In this document: in pieces, positions 30,659 through 40,899 of the stretch
Numbering within the stretch: position 1 is the first letter of the stretch
Layout: each line of letters begins with the position of its first letter
DNA from: Tortispora ganteri
Taxonomy: Eukaryota
Length of the DNA: 53,101 nt
Reading direction: 5' to 3'
Assembly (NCBI GenBank): GCA_003707115.1
Contig: PPNB01000039.1
Coordinates: 1-53,101 of the forward strand
Position numbers and translations under genes: made by a program
Notes under the pieces: model-generated
What the model was told of the DNA's origin: nothing
The model's database searches: none
The model's input: the letters and a program-made list of their open reading frames with translations, nothing else

Positions 30659-31518
30659 TAAGATTGTTCTAGTTGTTGTTATGAGGATGCACAATAGCAA
30701 AAGCTTCAATCAAGGATAAACGTCTAGTGACTCTTTAACTGGATAGCTGGTTATTAAGATCTCAATGGAAAATCGGAAAATGCTATCGATTTCTCATGAG
30801 CTTATATATGTGCCAGATCGCTCTTCCTTCGACTAAGTTTTTCTCGCACGAAAATTACTATTTCCTAATTTGGTTCGGACATCTCCGCAGACGGACAAGC
30901 CCAGCCAATCATCACCTCGCAAACGCGATCGCCCAATTAAAGTCTTTCTACTTTTATTGATTGGCCCTAACCTTAAGACAAAAAGCTGGATAACAGTTGA
31001 AATGTCCTGCGTACGACTTATTGATAATGCTTGCACGGCAATCGCAGGCCAAAGCTCTGCAGAGTGATTATGTGATCATGAAAAATGTTTTGCGCACAAT
31101 CCATTGTACTGCACATTCTGACGCAGCTGTGTGATACCAATTAACAATGGGTTTAGCTATTTCTTCTGATCGACTGGGAATCGCATTACTAGTCGGCCGT
31201 CTATTAGAGTTTCCCCATAGAGATTCCTTTTTAGATAGCTTCAGCCAGTAAAATGTGCCGACCTGGTACTTTCCTAAGCGCCTACTTGCGCTGGCAGGCC
31301 CGCGCCAGCCCGTGTCAGCGAAATACCAGTGGTCTTGGGCATAATGGGCATAGGAGTAGGTTTTCTCGCGCTATCTTTTGATTCATTGCTCAGCCTAATG
31401 TTATTTCCGATATTTCCTAACATATCAATCGTCGGATATAACGGACTTTACAGTTCACACTTGGTTTCTGGTTGTTATTTTACATGTGATTGCAGTGTAA
31501 TAAAGCTAGTTAGTAGCT

Positions 31519-32832
31519 CTATACAACCGGGAAATGCCTATACTGCAAATTCACAGTACCATCTTTTACTTGGACAGTCACTATATCTGAGTTTGACAAA
31601 TTTTCGAGCGAGTTTTTAGATGCACTGGAACGGTAGTAGATCACAGTTGCCTTCGTTTTTGAGAACCCGCTCTGATGCATACTAAGTCTGATATTAGTCT
31701 TTTCAGCAATTTTGTCAGCTAGTTTCCGGCTATATGTTCGAAATTGATTCTTTTGCGCCATGCTCCAAAGATACACAGGCAGCTTCGGGTAAAATTTCCA
31801 CAAACTCTCCGCGGACAGTTTCCAAGAGCCGTGAATTTCGTACTCCTGATTCTCTTGTTGATCAGCAATGGCTTTCAGTAGTTCGTCTATATTGCCGACC
31901 CGAAGAGCAACGTTTTGGTCAGCAACTTGCAAGCACTCCTCGCAAAGTTTCTTCTGAATACCGCCAGGAACATTGGCAGCGAATGACTTGTGACACTTCT
32001 TGCAGACCTTCTCATATATTTGCCTAGATTTTGGTCGCGTTGGCGTGTAAGGATACGCGTCGGAATCTTTCCTTAAATCGAGACCGGAATCCGAATCTTG
32101 CTCTATATGTGGATATATGACAGTTTCTTTTATAGGCGTCTCATTTGGGGGCTCGCTGGGAAAGTCATCTGCAATGATTTGGGAATCAATTGGAGACTGA
32201 GGTTCGTCGATGTTGTTGATTTCAATAGCACCATGCTGTTCCTTCTGTTCATGCGTATTACCTGCGTGCTGTAAAACATTATCACTTGGGAACTCTAGGT
32301 CCTGTGCACGAGGCGTAGCGGCAGAGTATGCGATTTCATCAGAGCTTGTGTCGTCACCTTTATTCTGATTTAGCATCCTCGGCATCTTGTAAGCGATAAC
32401 AGGCTCCTTTTCAGTATTGAATTTTACAGAAGGAAGACTAGCTGGAGTTTCGAGCTGCGTGTTTGTGGCGGTGTTGGAGGGTGTTGCCTTAATTTCATTA
32501 AACAGGAGTTGAATATCTTTATCGTACAGATCGATGAGCTCTGTAGTGAGGAAATGCATTATATGGGCGAGCTCTGCTTTTGTATGTTCAAGCTCCTTGA
32601 GGATATTCCAGACGGCATACTGCAATACCGACCTCACTTCTGGGGATTTCAAGAGAGATTTCATATCTGAGCTTGATATTTCGGACTCCAGATTGTTGAG
32701 GAAACTGTTTGTGGAAAAGATGAAACTACGCGTTTCTTCATTAACACGAAGGTTACGCGTCGCTTCGAGTTCGCGTGCAAGCCCATCGCAGAGTTTGAGC
32801 TGCGATCGCAAAAGATTCAAAGTTTCTGTCAT
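31519..32832 (-). CDS. Hypothetical protein with CxxC..CxxC zinc-ribbon motif
   Basis: 437-aa ORF from the ATG at 32832: helical N-terminus, disordered middle, CKKC-x14-CEEC, folded C-terminal domain. Confidence 0.7.
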   Translation of the reverse strand: MTETLNLLRSQLKLCDGLARELEATRNLRVNEETRSFIFSTNSFLNNLESEISSSDMKSLLKSPEVRSVLQYAVWNILKELEHTKAELAHIMHFLTTELIDLYDKDIQLLFNEIKATPSNTATNTQLETPASLPSVKFNTEKEPVIAYKMPRMLNQNKGDDTSSDEIAYSAATPRAQDLEFPSDNVLQHAGNTHEQKEQHGAIEINNIDEPQSPIDSQIIADDFPSEPPNETPIKETVIYPHIEQDSDSGLDLRKDSDAYPYTPTRPKSRQIYEKVCKKCHKSFAANVPGGIQKKLCEECLQVADQNVALRVGNIDELLKAIADQQENQEYEIHGSWKLSAESLWKFYPKLPVYLWSMAQKNQFRTYSRKLADKIAEKTNIRLSMHQSGFSKTKATVIYYRSSASKNSLENLSNSDIVTVQVKDGTVNLQYRHFPVV

Positions 32833-33644
32833 GTGCCCGCTGAATTTATATTGCCTTCTCAATAACGGCGAAAACAGAACGAATAGGCGAGGATACCTCG
32901 GTCCTAGATGCACGGTTTGCAGTGGAATGTGGCTTGTATATTCCGCTGGACGACATCCTTGGTGGAGGTCACTAAGCGGAAAAAAAACTCTAAATTTCTC
33001 CCTTGTGGGAGATTGGATTTTCCGGGGCCCAGATTGCCTTCCTTTGCACGATTTAGCAGCCTTTGACGTCACTATCAGAGAAAAAAGAACACAAGTCGTT
33101 CAGAGTCAATTGTACTCGGGGGAACTAATTGTTCGGGTTTTTGCTCATTAAGCTAAAGAGCAAACACATGAGCGGTACTTTAGATTTATGCGGCAGTTTG
33201 GGCATTCTGCGAGCATCAATTCAAGTGCTGGTGTGGTGATTTTATTATTAGCTTATTTCGCTGGTTCGTTCGATGATTGTCATTGGTTTAATGAAAACAA
33301 AGTTCATGCTGCTCAAAATGCCACAGCTCCATCGAAACGTTGCAATATTTAGTTTGGATTTGCTGTGCGGCAGCTACAAGCAGACTTATGGACGTTGCTT
33401 CTGGTCAATAATTACTGCGATTGCTCAGAGTTGCTTGTTTTATATCCGACTGTCTTGTTGAATCCTGCACAGAGTTGTCTGATCTTTACAAATTTACGTT
33501 TTACCAGTTCTTGCGTATTGAGTTTAGGTTTAATGAAGCCTAAATAGAGTTACGAACACAGCAGCCAACATTAAGGAAAATAGCATTAGCTATAAAAGGC
33601 TGCCGGTCCGTGTCTTAACCACCTATCGTTATTGACATTTCACA

Positions 33645-35258
33645 ATGTTGCACAAAGGAGTTGACCCCAATGAATTGATCAAGCAATTAAGCGACGAGGA
33701 AAAAAAGAATGCCTTAGGCGAAGTGGATAGACTTTTGAATCACAACATTCAAAGTCCCTACCGATCCGCATATCAGACTTCTGTTACGATTCCCCGCTAT
33801 GTCGTTCCGGAGGAAGGCGTCGAACCACAAGTCGCATACCGTTTCATTTCGTCTGATTTGGATCTCGATGGTAAGCCTGGACTCAACTTTGCCAGTTTTG
33901 TGAATACTTACTGCGACGATAACATGCGCCAGCTCACATTGGACAATCTGACCAAAAATCTCTCTGACGTAGATGAGTATCCTGCAATGATGGACATCCA
34001 CGCACGCTGTATTTCGTTCTTGTCGAACCTGTGGAACGCACCCGCTGGTAACTCGCCTATAGGCAGTGCTACAACTGGTTCTTCAGAAGCTATTCACCTT
34101 GGTGGTCTTGCAATGAAACAACGCTGGCGAGAGCGACGCCAGGCCGCTGGAAAGGATGTCTCTAAACCCAACATCATCATGGGAGCTAATGCCCAAGTTG
34201 CTTTGGAGAAATTTGCTCGCTACTTTGACGTTGAGGCTCGTATAGTCCCTGTATGCGAGGAGAGTCACCACTGCCTCGATCTCACTAAAGTCAAGGATCT
34301 GCTAGACGAGAACACTATCGGTATCTTCTGCATTCTTGGCTCCACGTACACTGGTCATTTTGAACCTGTCGAGGAGCTTGCTAAATTACTTGATGAGTAT
34401 GAAGCTGAGACAGGTATTGATATTCCTATCCACGTAGACGGAGCAAGTGGTGCCTTCATTGCACCATTTGTTTTCCCTGATCTGAAATGGGATTTCACAA
34501 TCCCTCGTGTTGTCAGTATCAATACCTCTGGACATAAGTTTGGTTTGGCCACTGCTGGCCTTGGCTGGATTGTCTGGCGTGACGAAAGCTTTTTGCCTAA
34601 GTATTTGGTATTCGAATTGAAGTATCTAGGTGGCGTTGAACAGTCGTTCACTCTCAACTTTTCTCGCCCTGGATTTGAAGTGATCCAGCAGTACTATTTA
34701 TTTTTGACGCTTGGTCGTGAAGGATTCAAGTACACACATAGTAGCTCTATGGCTAATGCTCGTCTTCTTTCACGACTTCTCGAGCTTTCGGGCTATTTCG
34801 AAGTTGTTTCAGATATACACCGCAAGAAGGGAGACTTCGATACTGACCCTAATAAGTCCTTCACCTCTGGGGAAGCCACTGACTTCAATTATGGCTTACC
34901 GGTTGTGGCTTTCAAGCTTTCGAAGAAGCTGAAAGCAGAAGCGCCGTATTTGCAGCAGGAGATGGTCTCGCAACTTCTCCGTTCTAAAGGTTACATTATT
35001 CCCAACTATCCCTTGCCACCATCTCAAGGTGATATTGAGATACTAAGAGTGGTCGTTAGACAAAATATGAGTGCTGATTTGCTAGCTTCACTTGTTCGTG
35101 ACGCTATTCATGTTGTCGAGTACCTATACTCACAGAACCAGAGCCTGACTCATGCGCTCAATTCTACCAGACACATGCAGCAGAATAAGCATCACAAGTT
35201 GGAACCTATTGTCCATCCTAAGGGACATCGTCATGGTAGCTATAGGGGAACTTGTTGA
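33645..35258 (+). CDS. GAD1: Glutamate decarboxylase
   Basis: LDGKPGLNFASFV; DEYPAM; TTGSSEAI.LGGLAMK; IHVDGASG; PLP motif SINTSGHKFG; FTLNFSRPG; TATAAA at 33591. Confidence 0.96.
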   Translation: MLHKGVDPNELIKQLSDEEKKNALGEVDRLLNHNIQSPYRSAYQTSVTIPRYVVPEEGVEPQVAYRFISSDLDLDGKPGLNFASFVNTYCDDNMRQLTLDNLTKNLSDVDEYPAMMDIHARCISFLSNLWNAPAGNSPIGSATTGSSEAIHLGGLAMKQRWRERRQAAGKDVSKPNIIMGANAQVALEKFARYFDVEARIVPVCEESHHCLDLTKVKDLLDENTIGIFCILGSTYTGHFEPVEELAKLLDEYEAETGIDIPIHVDGASGAFIAPFVFPDLKWDFTIPRVVSINTSGHKFGLATAGLGWIVWRDESFLPKYLVFELKYLGGVEQSFTLNFSRPGFEVIQQYYLFLTLGREGFKYTHSSSMANARLLSRLLELSGYFEVVSDIHRKKGDFDTDPNKSFTSGEATDFNYGLPVVAFKLSKKLKAEAPYLQQEMVSQLLRSKGYIIPNYPLPPSQGDIEILRVVVRQNMSADLLASLVRDAIHVVEYLYSQNQSLTHALNSTRHMQQNKHHKLEPIVHPKGHRHGSYRGTC

Positions 35259-36041
35259 ATTAGTGTTGTATATTTTATTATTGCTCTGTACTAGCCTATC
35301 ACGAATATGTACAGTTTTGCGATGCCACCCTGCAGCCGTGTTATACTTCAATGTAAATTATGTCTAGTTGTCTTAATACTAAAAATGAGACAATAGAAAC
35401 GATAATATTGTATTATTGTTCATCGTTCATGAACCAATATCGGCTTGATAACGTACTATTGATTTATATTGTACATACAGTGACTTCTTCAGACCGTTCT
35501 AACTGTATTAAGGCTTTTAAGGTTTAATAGAGTAAATTAAACCTTATAGACTGCGCACGTGTATTACATAGATGTACATTCGACATCTGTTGGCCTTTTA
35601 GTAGGCCACTAATGGATACGAATTATACATAAAAGTTTTATAGGGTATTAGAAATGCATTGTAAAAAACTGAGAAAAGTTTGTGGACGTATCAGGTGACA
35701 TATATGAGATTAGGTAATTTCCAGATCGGCTGCTTATCATAGGCATTTTGTATTCAAAGTGTATGTGCTCAACATATTAGTATTGATCAACCATTGTTGC
35801 TAATTAATCAATGAGAATATAAGAGTGACTACATAAAGCGTATGTAAGTCTAAAGACTAGTAAGAACTTGGAGAACTTGGTGGAGTGCTTTAGTGTAGGA
35901 ACTATGAGATATAGGCCAATCATAAAACTTACATATTTACACAATATATAGATACACCAAGCGTCAAGTTGATTGAGAAGAGAGAACTGTAATATAATCC
36001 AGCTTGCGTTCTTCTGTTGAGTGACCTCTATTCGGCGACGA

Positions 36042-36872
36042 CTATGTGTCAGGAGCGGCTCTGAAGATATCTGCATGTACGAGTGCTTCGCGTTGGATTG
36101 TTTTCATATCGCCAGAGTATATTTCCTTGAGCGGTTTCGGTTTGACTGTTAGCGGTGTTTCGAACAGAGAACCGATCAAGAACGGTCTTGGGGGAGATAT
36201 GGAAGTGTCGAAGACAAAACCCGGGTACTGCACAAGGTCTGTTTCTGTGACTTGAGGCTCTTGTCCAGGCTTTTCTACTGTAAGGCGCTGCCTAGAGTCG
36301 ATTCTGTACACTGCCTGGAGGGCGCTAGGAGCGTTGGGGATTTCGATAGGTTGGAGAAGGACGATTCTAGGTTTGCGGTTGTAGCGGAGCAGTTCCCAAG
36401 ACATTTTAATAGTCGGATCGACATGTTTGAGTCTTTCCTTGAGCGCATGGTTCGTGAGTATGCTGCAGTTATCAGCGATTTGTGGTTCTCTCTTCTTTGC
36501 GAAGGCGGTATTGACGGCAATGAAATTTTCTAATGCCAGCTGTTTCATTTGGACGAAGTTGACGCGGCCGCCACCTTTTGCCCAGAATACAGACAGGTAC
36601 ATTGTATTAAGACTGAACACTTTAAATCGGCGCCAGACGTTTTTTAGGCGAAGAATTGGGTGTGCGAATATGCTGGGCAGGTTTGCGCCTGAGGCCGGGA
36701 CGAGCAAGTCGCCAGGAAAGCCCATGGACCTGAGGTTGTCCTGATAGGTGGTTTCTCTAGGTGGTTTAGGGACAGTCATAGAAGTCTTGAATCGCGGACC
36801 GGGAACTATAAAGGCGCGTAGCCGGGGTCTGAGAGCTAGTTTTGCTATCGCGCCATTATGCAAGTTCACCAT
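36042..36872 (-). CDS. MBA1: Mitochondrial ribosome receptor Mba1 (Tim44-like)
   Basis: NLPSIFAHP...RRFKVFSLN; VNTAFA; W.LLRYN..P; QPIEIP; VYRIDSRQRL; GSLFE. Confidence 0.88.
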   Translation of the reverse strand: MVNLHNGAIAKLALRPRLRAFIVPGPRFKTSMTVPKPPRETTYQDNLRSMGFPGDLLVPASGANLPSIFAHPILRLKNVWRRFKVFSLNTMYLSVFWAKGGGRVNFVQMKQLALENFIAVNTAFAKKREPQIADNCSILTNHALKERLKHVDPTIKMSWELLRYNRKPRIVLLQPIEIPNAPSALQAVYRIDSRQRLTVEKPGQEPQVTETDLVQYPGFVFDTSISPPRPFLIGSLFETPLTVKPKPLKEIYSGDMKTIQREALVHADIFRAAPDT

Positions 36873-36976
36873 GGGTGTGGTTGTCGAGGTAGAAGTTTCC
36901 GCAGCAATAAAGTTAAGTGTAGAATAGCGAAGTATCGCAGCGGCAAGGCAAAAATTGCAAAAGTTGCTAGAAAATA

Positions 36977-37561
36977 TTATAGTGAATAAATTCTTTTTAT
37001 TTTCAGACCTTCTAGCTTATAAAAGCACGGATCAAGTCGAGTCAGGGATCCCGGAGACCAGTGTGGTCCGCGTTCGTGACGGATCCGGCCTGTGACATCT
37101 TTTGCTTTGCCAGTCTTGAGAGGTCTGACTATCAAAATATCATTAGCTTTGTTGAATATAGATGCCCTAAATCGATTTTCTTCTTCTAGAATTGCCGGCT
37201 GAGTGGCTACAACGAGATGCGATCCTTTGATTCTAAATGCATCAAGAGTCGCCACAAGGTCATTCGACGTCACCGTTCCAGCCGCTATCACTGCTTCAGG
37301 AAACACTGCAACAACTAGATCTGTTAAAGGTATATTATTTAGCTTGGTTTTAGTAGTAATCCACGGTTCGGTGGCGTTAATGGCAGTCCAGTAAACTTTG
37401 ACACCCTTTGGTTCTATCTGCGTCCAGGGGAACTCTGCGTCTGGCAAAAAATTGATTATAGCAATTTTTTCTTTATTCAATTCTTCACAATACGTTGACA
37501 GTAAAGCGCGTGGTGAAGTTGCAATTGTACCATCAATAATACTTAGAAGTCCAAGTGCCAT
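36977..37561 (-). CDS. ELP6: Elongator subunit Elp6 (short, divergent)
   Basis: C-terminal LIVRPLKTGKAKDVTGRI matches the Elp6 motif RPL.TG.AKDVTG. Confidence 0.72.
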   Translation of the reverse strand: MALGLLSIIDGTIATSPRALLSTYCEELNKEKIAIINFLPDAEFPWTQIEPKGVKVYWTAINATEPWITTKTKLNNIPLTDLVVAVFPEAVIAAGTVTSNDLVATLDAFRIKGSHLVVATQPAILEEENRFRASIFNKANDILIVRPLKTGKAKDVTGRIRHERGPHWSPGSLTRLDPCFYKLEGLKIKRIYSL

Positions 37562-37626
37562 AATGACTGTCTCTTTCTACGTTTAAAAGTTACTTGTAAT
37601 ACACACTTATGAATTGTTTTATTTTT

Positions 37627-38217
37627 CTACATAAATTTTAGACTGTTTTCAAATGCGACTTCAATTACCCGGTTAATAATCGCTTCATTCTGTCCATGAG
37701 ATACACTGATCTTGTGACATTCGTTCATGAACATTGACAATGGATCCATTAAGTCCGCATAGTCATCTGAATCTAAGATCATGTCTTGGTACTTTGCTTT
37801 CGTTTCGCCAACAAGCGAGTAGTACCGCTGACACGCTTCTAGATCTAAATCACCTTTCAAGGTCCTACCGAACTCCTTAATTGTCGAATTCCCCAATTGA
37901 GCAGCCTTAGATCGATGTCGTCGACGTGAACCGCCAATGTCAACTGCGTCAATGACGTTCAAATCACCATCTACCATCTCAATGCCATCAGCATATGCCG
38001 CTACTGCTTGCACAGCATCAATTCCAATACTCGTTTTGTCCACAAACGCAAATGCGGCACTATTCAGTAAAATAACTGCAATCTTCATTCTGCTGACAGA
38101 CATTCTGTTCCGTGATCCGTCAATATATAGTTCTCCACTACACCGGTAATTAGGTTTCGCTTTGCATTGCCAAACGGTACGGCTGCAATCAGAATATCCC
38201 CTTACAATGTCAATCAC
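37627..38217 (-). CDS. Hypothetical protein, 5' end unresolved
   Basis: 196-codon ORF from GTG; the frame stays open upstream to 38295 without an ATG, and the first in-frame ATG is at 38103. Contains WQC-x7-CSGEL. Confidence 0.45.
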   Translation of the reverse strand: MIDIVRGYSDCSRTVWQCKAKPNYRCSGELYIDGSRNRMSVSRMKIAVILLNSAAFAFVDKTSIGIDAVQAVAAYADGIEMVDGDLNVIDAVDIGGSRRRHRSKAAQLGNSTIKEFGRTLKGDLDLEACQRYYSLVGETKAKYQDMILDSDDYADLMDPLSMFMNECHKISVSHGQNEAIINRVIEVAFENSLKFM

Positions 38218-38976
38218 AATATTCAGAATATAACTGTGATATTGATACCACTTATCTAACCAGTGCCGTGCAATCTGATCGAACTTGCAAATTCTTTATC
38301 GGAGATAACCCACTCTGAACCGTCACACACCGATCTGAATGTGACAAAATTACCATTGACTTTATCTGAATAAATGTGACAGGCTTCCCAATTTTTTTTT
38401 GATTAACCAACTTAAGACCTCTCCGGCCCTCCAAAATACTCATACATTCACTACACAGAACATAAATGACACTGCAGTGGACAAACAGCGAACAATAGCA
38501 GCTCCATCGAGTTAAGAACAGAAACAGAAACAGAAAGAGGAATAGAAAAAGACAAAACAAACAGCACAGGAAAAAAAAATCTAATAAACTCAAATGTAAA
38601 GTGCAGTCTGTAATCACTTGGCATCGCAAAGTTTGTCAATTCTTTCCGTTCTCAGATCCTTTCAGTACCACCAAAAGAGAAACATTGCCGAATCTAAAAC
38701 ATAACAAAAACACACAAAAAAAACATCACACTCCAAAAACTATCAACACAGAGCTACGCAGAGCCGCAGATACTCATTTAAACTCCTCGCAATTATGCAA
38801 AACGTATCCTGCAAATATCTATTATACGCTATCCTAAGACACGTCAATTGATATTCGGCTCTCGCATGCATTTCACATTTCTTACAAGAGACAAACAAAA
38901 GAAAACAAACAGTATCGCTTAGTTTCGACCTTAGAAGCAAAATACGCCAATCAACAATCACACACATCCCTGAGCT

Positions 38977-40398
38977 TTAAAAATAAGACGGCTTCTTTAT
39001 CATAGAGTAATTATGATCTAAAGAAGGATCAATATGTATGTGATCTTCGCTCAATGGCAGGAAAGGAGCAGACGCATTATTCGCGCTGTTGTCTTCGCCG
39101 GCCCTTATATCTTCACGGTTGTGTGACCGCGTCTGGTTGTCCGTAGGAAGCGCAGCAGCAGCAGTAGCGACAGCTGCAGCAACAGAAGCATCAGCACTTA
39201 AATGTGCAGTGTTAGCATTGTTACCCGAACCATCAGCCATCGGGTGTGATCCGTCTAGACCTGACACATCGAGTTGGTCCATACCTTGAGTCATAATATA
39301 CGGTTGTGCAGGAGCATTATGCATGCCTTGAGTCTGAGTTCGTTTTGGAAGAGAATTAAGATTAGTAGCAAGATGAGTATGCGCAACATCATTACGTGCT
39401 TCTGGCATGTTCCATGCAAACGAGTTAGCAGACGTATTTGGCGCATATTCTTCATTTTGAAGAATTGGCGGAGTACGGTGTTCGACCGTTCTCACTGAAT
39501 GTACTTTAGGTTTGAATCCAGCAGCAGTATATCTTTCAGGGAATGCAATTCTAAACCTATCACGCAGATCAGTGCCACGTCTGTGCCCTAGATTCAAACT
39601 ACGATCCTTCTGAATCTTTGACCAGTGAGCTCCATGCTTGAGAAATCCCTGAAGCAGTAACGCATCTTCTTCGCTCGTAAAAGCATGTCGCTCTTTGCGG
39701 TTTAATTTCACAAATCCGTGATGTGTGCGCGGCTTCTGTTGACCGTCGATGTGAGTACTGGCATTAGGATACAATCTTCTGTATTCATCAGGAAAATAAG
39801 TTCGGAATCTATCCTTTAAGTCAACGGCAGAACGGTTGTTGAATCTCAGTTCAGGGTCAACAAGAATTTTCTTCCAGTTTCCCACACCGTGAACCGTACA
39901 TCCTCGCAAGAGATCGCTAGTTTCCTGTTCAGACCACTTGACACGTGCTTTCCGAACTCTAGGTGTTACCATAGGGCCAGAAGAAGAGCCAGTGGAAACA
40001 GCTGCAGCGGCAAACGCATTTCCAGGAGCGCCAGAAGTCGCGTTTCTTCCCACTGACGCAGACATCGCACCAGATGAAGCGTCGCCAGCGCTATGCGACA
40101 CACCTGAAAGGTTACCTGCGTCCATTGAATTAGAGTTACCCTGGAGCGCGTCAGTTGCTGAAGGAGTTTGCTGAGGATTCATATTCGGTATCTGTGGGTG
40201 GGGCAGGATCGGCATAGAATTCTCCGACTGTATTCGAGAGATCATGCTAGAGGATTCAAAAGGCATGTAGGCATTAGATTGCACAGAAGGATAGTATAGA
40301 TCTTGATTGCTTTGAGATTGCATATGTAGGGCGTTGTCCATTGGACCTTGTTCGGGTTTAACACCGTTTTTCTGTTGGTTTTTGTTCGACGACGACAT
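38977..40398 (-). CDS. TAY1: Double-Myb (telobox) telomere-repeat-binding protein, Tay1/Teb1 family
   Basis: Two telobox Myb domains: KWSEQET..L..G...HGVGNWKKIL...RSAVDLKDRFRT and FTSEED..LLQGF.KHG.HWSKI...RRGTDLRDRFR. Confidence 0.9.
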   Translation of the reverse strand: MSSSNKNQQKNGVKPEQGPMDNALHMQSQSNQDLYYPSVQSNAYMPFESSSMISRIQSENSMPILPHPQIPNMNPQQTPSATDALQGNSNSMDAGNLSGVSHSAGDASSGAMSASVGRNATSGAPGNAFAAAAVSTGSSSGPMVTPRVRKARVKWSEQETSDLLRGCTVHGVGNWKKILVDPELRFNNRSAVDLKDRFRTYFPDEYRRLYPNASTHIDGQQKPRTHHGFVKLNRKERHAFTSEEDALLLQGFLKHGAHWSKIQKDRSLNLGHRRGTDLRDRFRIAFPERYTAAGFKPKVHSVRTVEHRTPPILQNEEYAPNTSANSFAWNMPEARNDVAHTHLATNLNSLPKRTQTQGMHNAPAQPYIMTQGMDQLDVSGLDGSHPMADGSGNNANTAHLSADASVAAAVATAAAALPTDNQTRSHNREDIRAGEDNSANNASAPFLPLSEDHIHIDPSLDHNYSMIKKPSYF

Positions 40399-40726
40399 GT
40401 TCGTGGAGTATTATGTCGCAAGATGTTATTAGTGGTGCAAGTTTGAAAGACTTGAGACAATTATGCCGGCTGTCAGGGCGTGGCAAGACGATAAGCGATA
40501 TAAAGAATTAGCGAGATACAGGAAGTGCAATAGGGACTAGCCGGTATCTGTTTATTCTTGTTTACTGATTCAACAATCAATCGATCTTAGGAAACCTAAA
40601 CTACAGTGTTCGAAGATCGAGGGTGATGGGTTATATATCGCAACAAGATGGATTAGGGGGAAAGGGGAGGTGGTGAATGTTGTGTTTTTTTCTTCTTGCA
40701 TCCTCTATGTAGAAAGTTTGGTGGAT

Positions 40727-40760
40727 GTTGCCATAGCAACAGTGAACTTGCTATGGTAAC
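40727..40760. promoter_or_regulatory. Two adjacent RFX X-boxes in inverted arrangement
   Basis: GTTGCCATAGCAAC (40727-40740) and CTTGCTATGGTAAC (40747-40760), 330-360 bp upstream of TAY1. Confidence 0.7.
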
Positions 40761-40899
40761 AATGTAAAAAAACCTGTTACCAGAAGAATGTGAGAGGTCT
40801 AAAAAACTAAGAGCTGGTAGGTCAGAGTGTCATAGCATAGTGTTGATAGAATAAGCCGTAAATAATGAGAGAGGGATATAAGATACAGTTATTATGAGA

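Noticed and set aside
32534..33151. 205-aa antisense ORF, and similar shadow ORFs at 6296-6919, 14332-14931 and 19927-20460
   Set aside because: They overlap better-supported genes on the opposite strand and have no recognisable domains.
35591..35608. Small hairpin tggcct-tttagt-aggcca resembling the U5 loop
   Set aside because: It lacks the invariant GCCTTTTAC loop and an Sm site; a 6-bp stem is expected by chance.
38252..38967. Short ORFs with FLFLFL-type hydrophobic runs downstream of TAY1
   Set aside because: They arise from A-rich low-complexity sequence (agaaac repeats) that most likely belongs to the TAY1 3' UTR or intergenic DNA.
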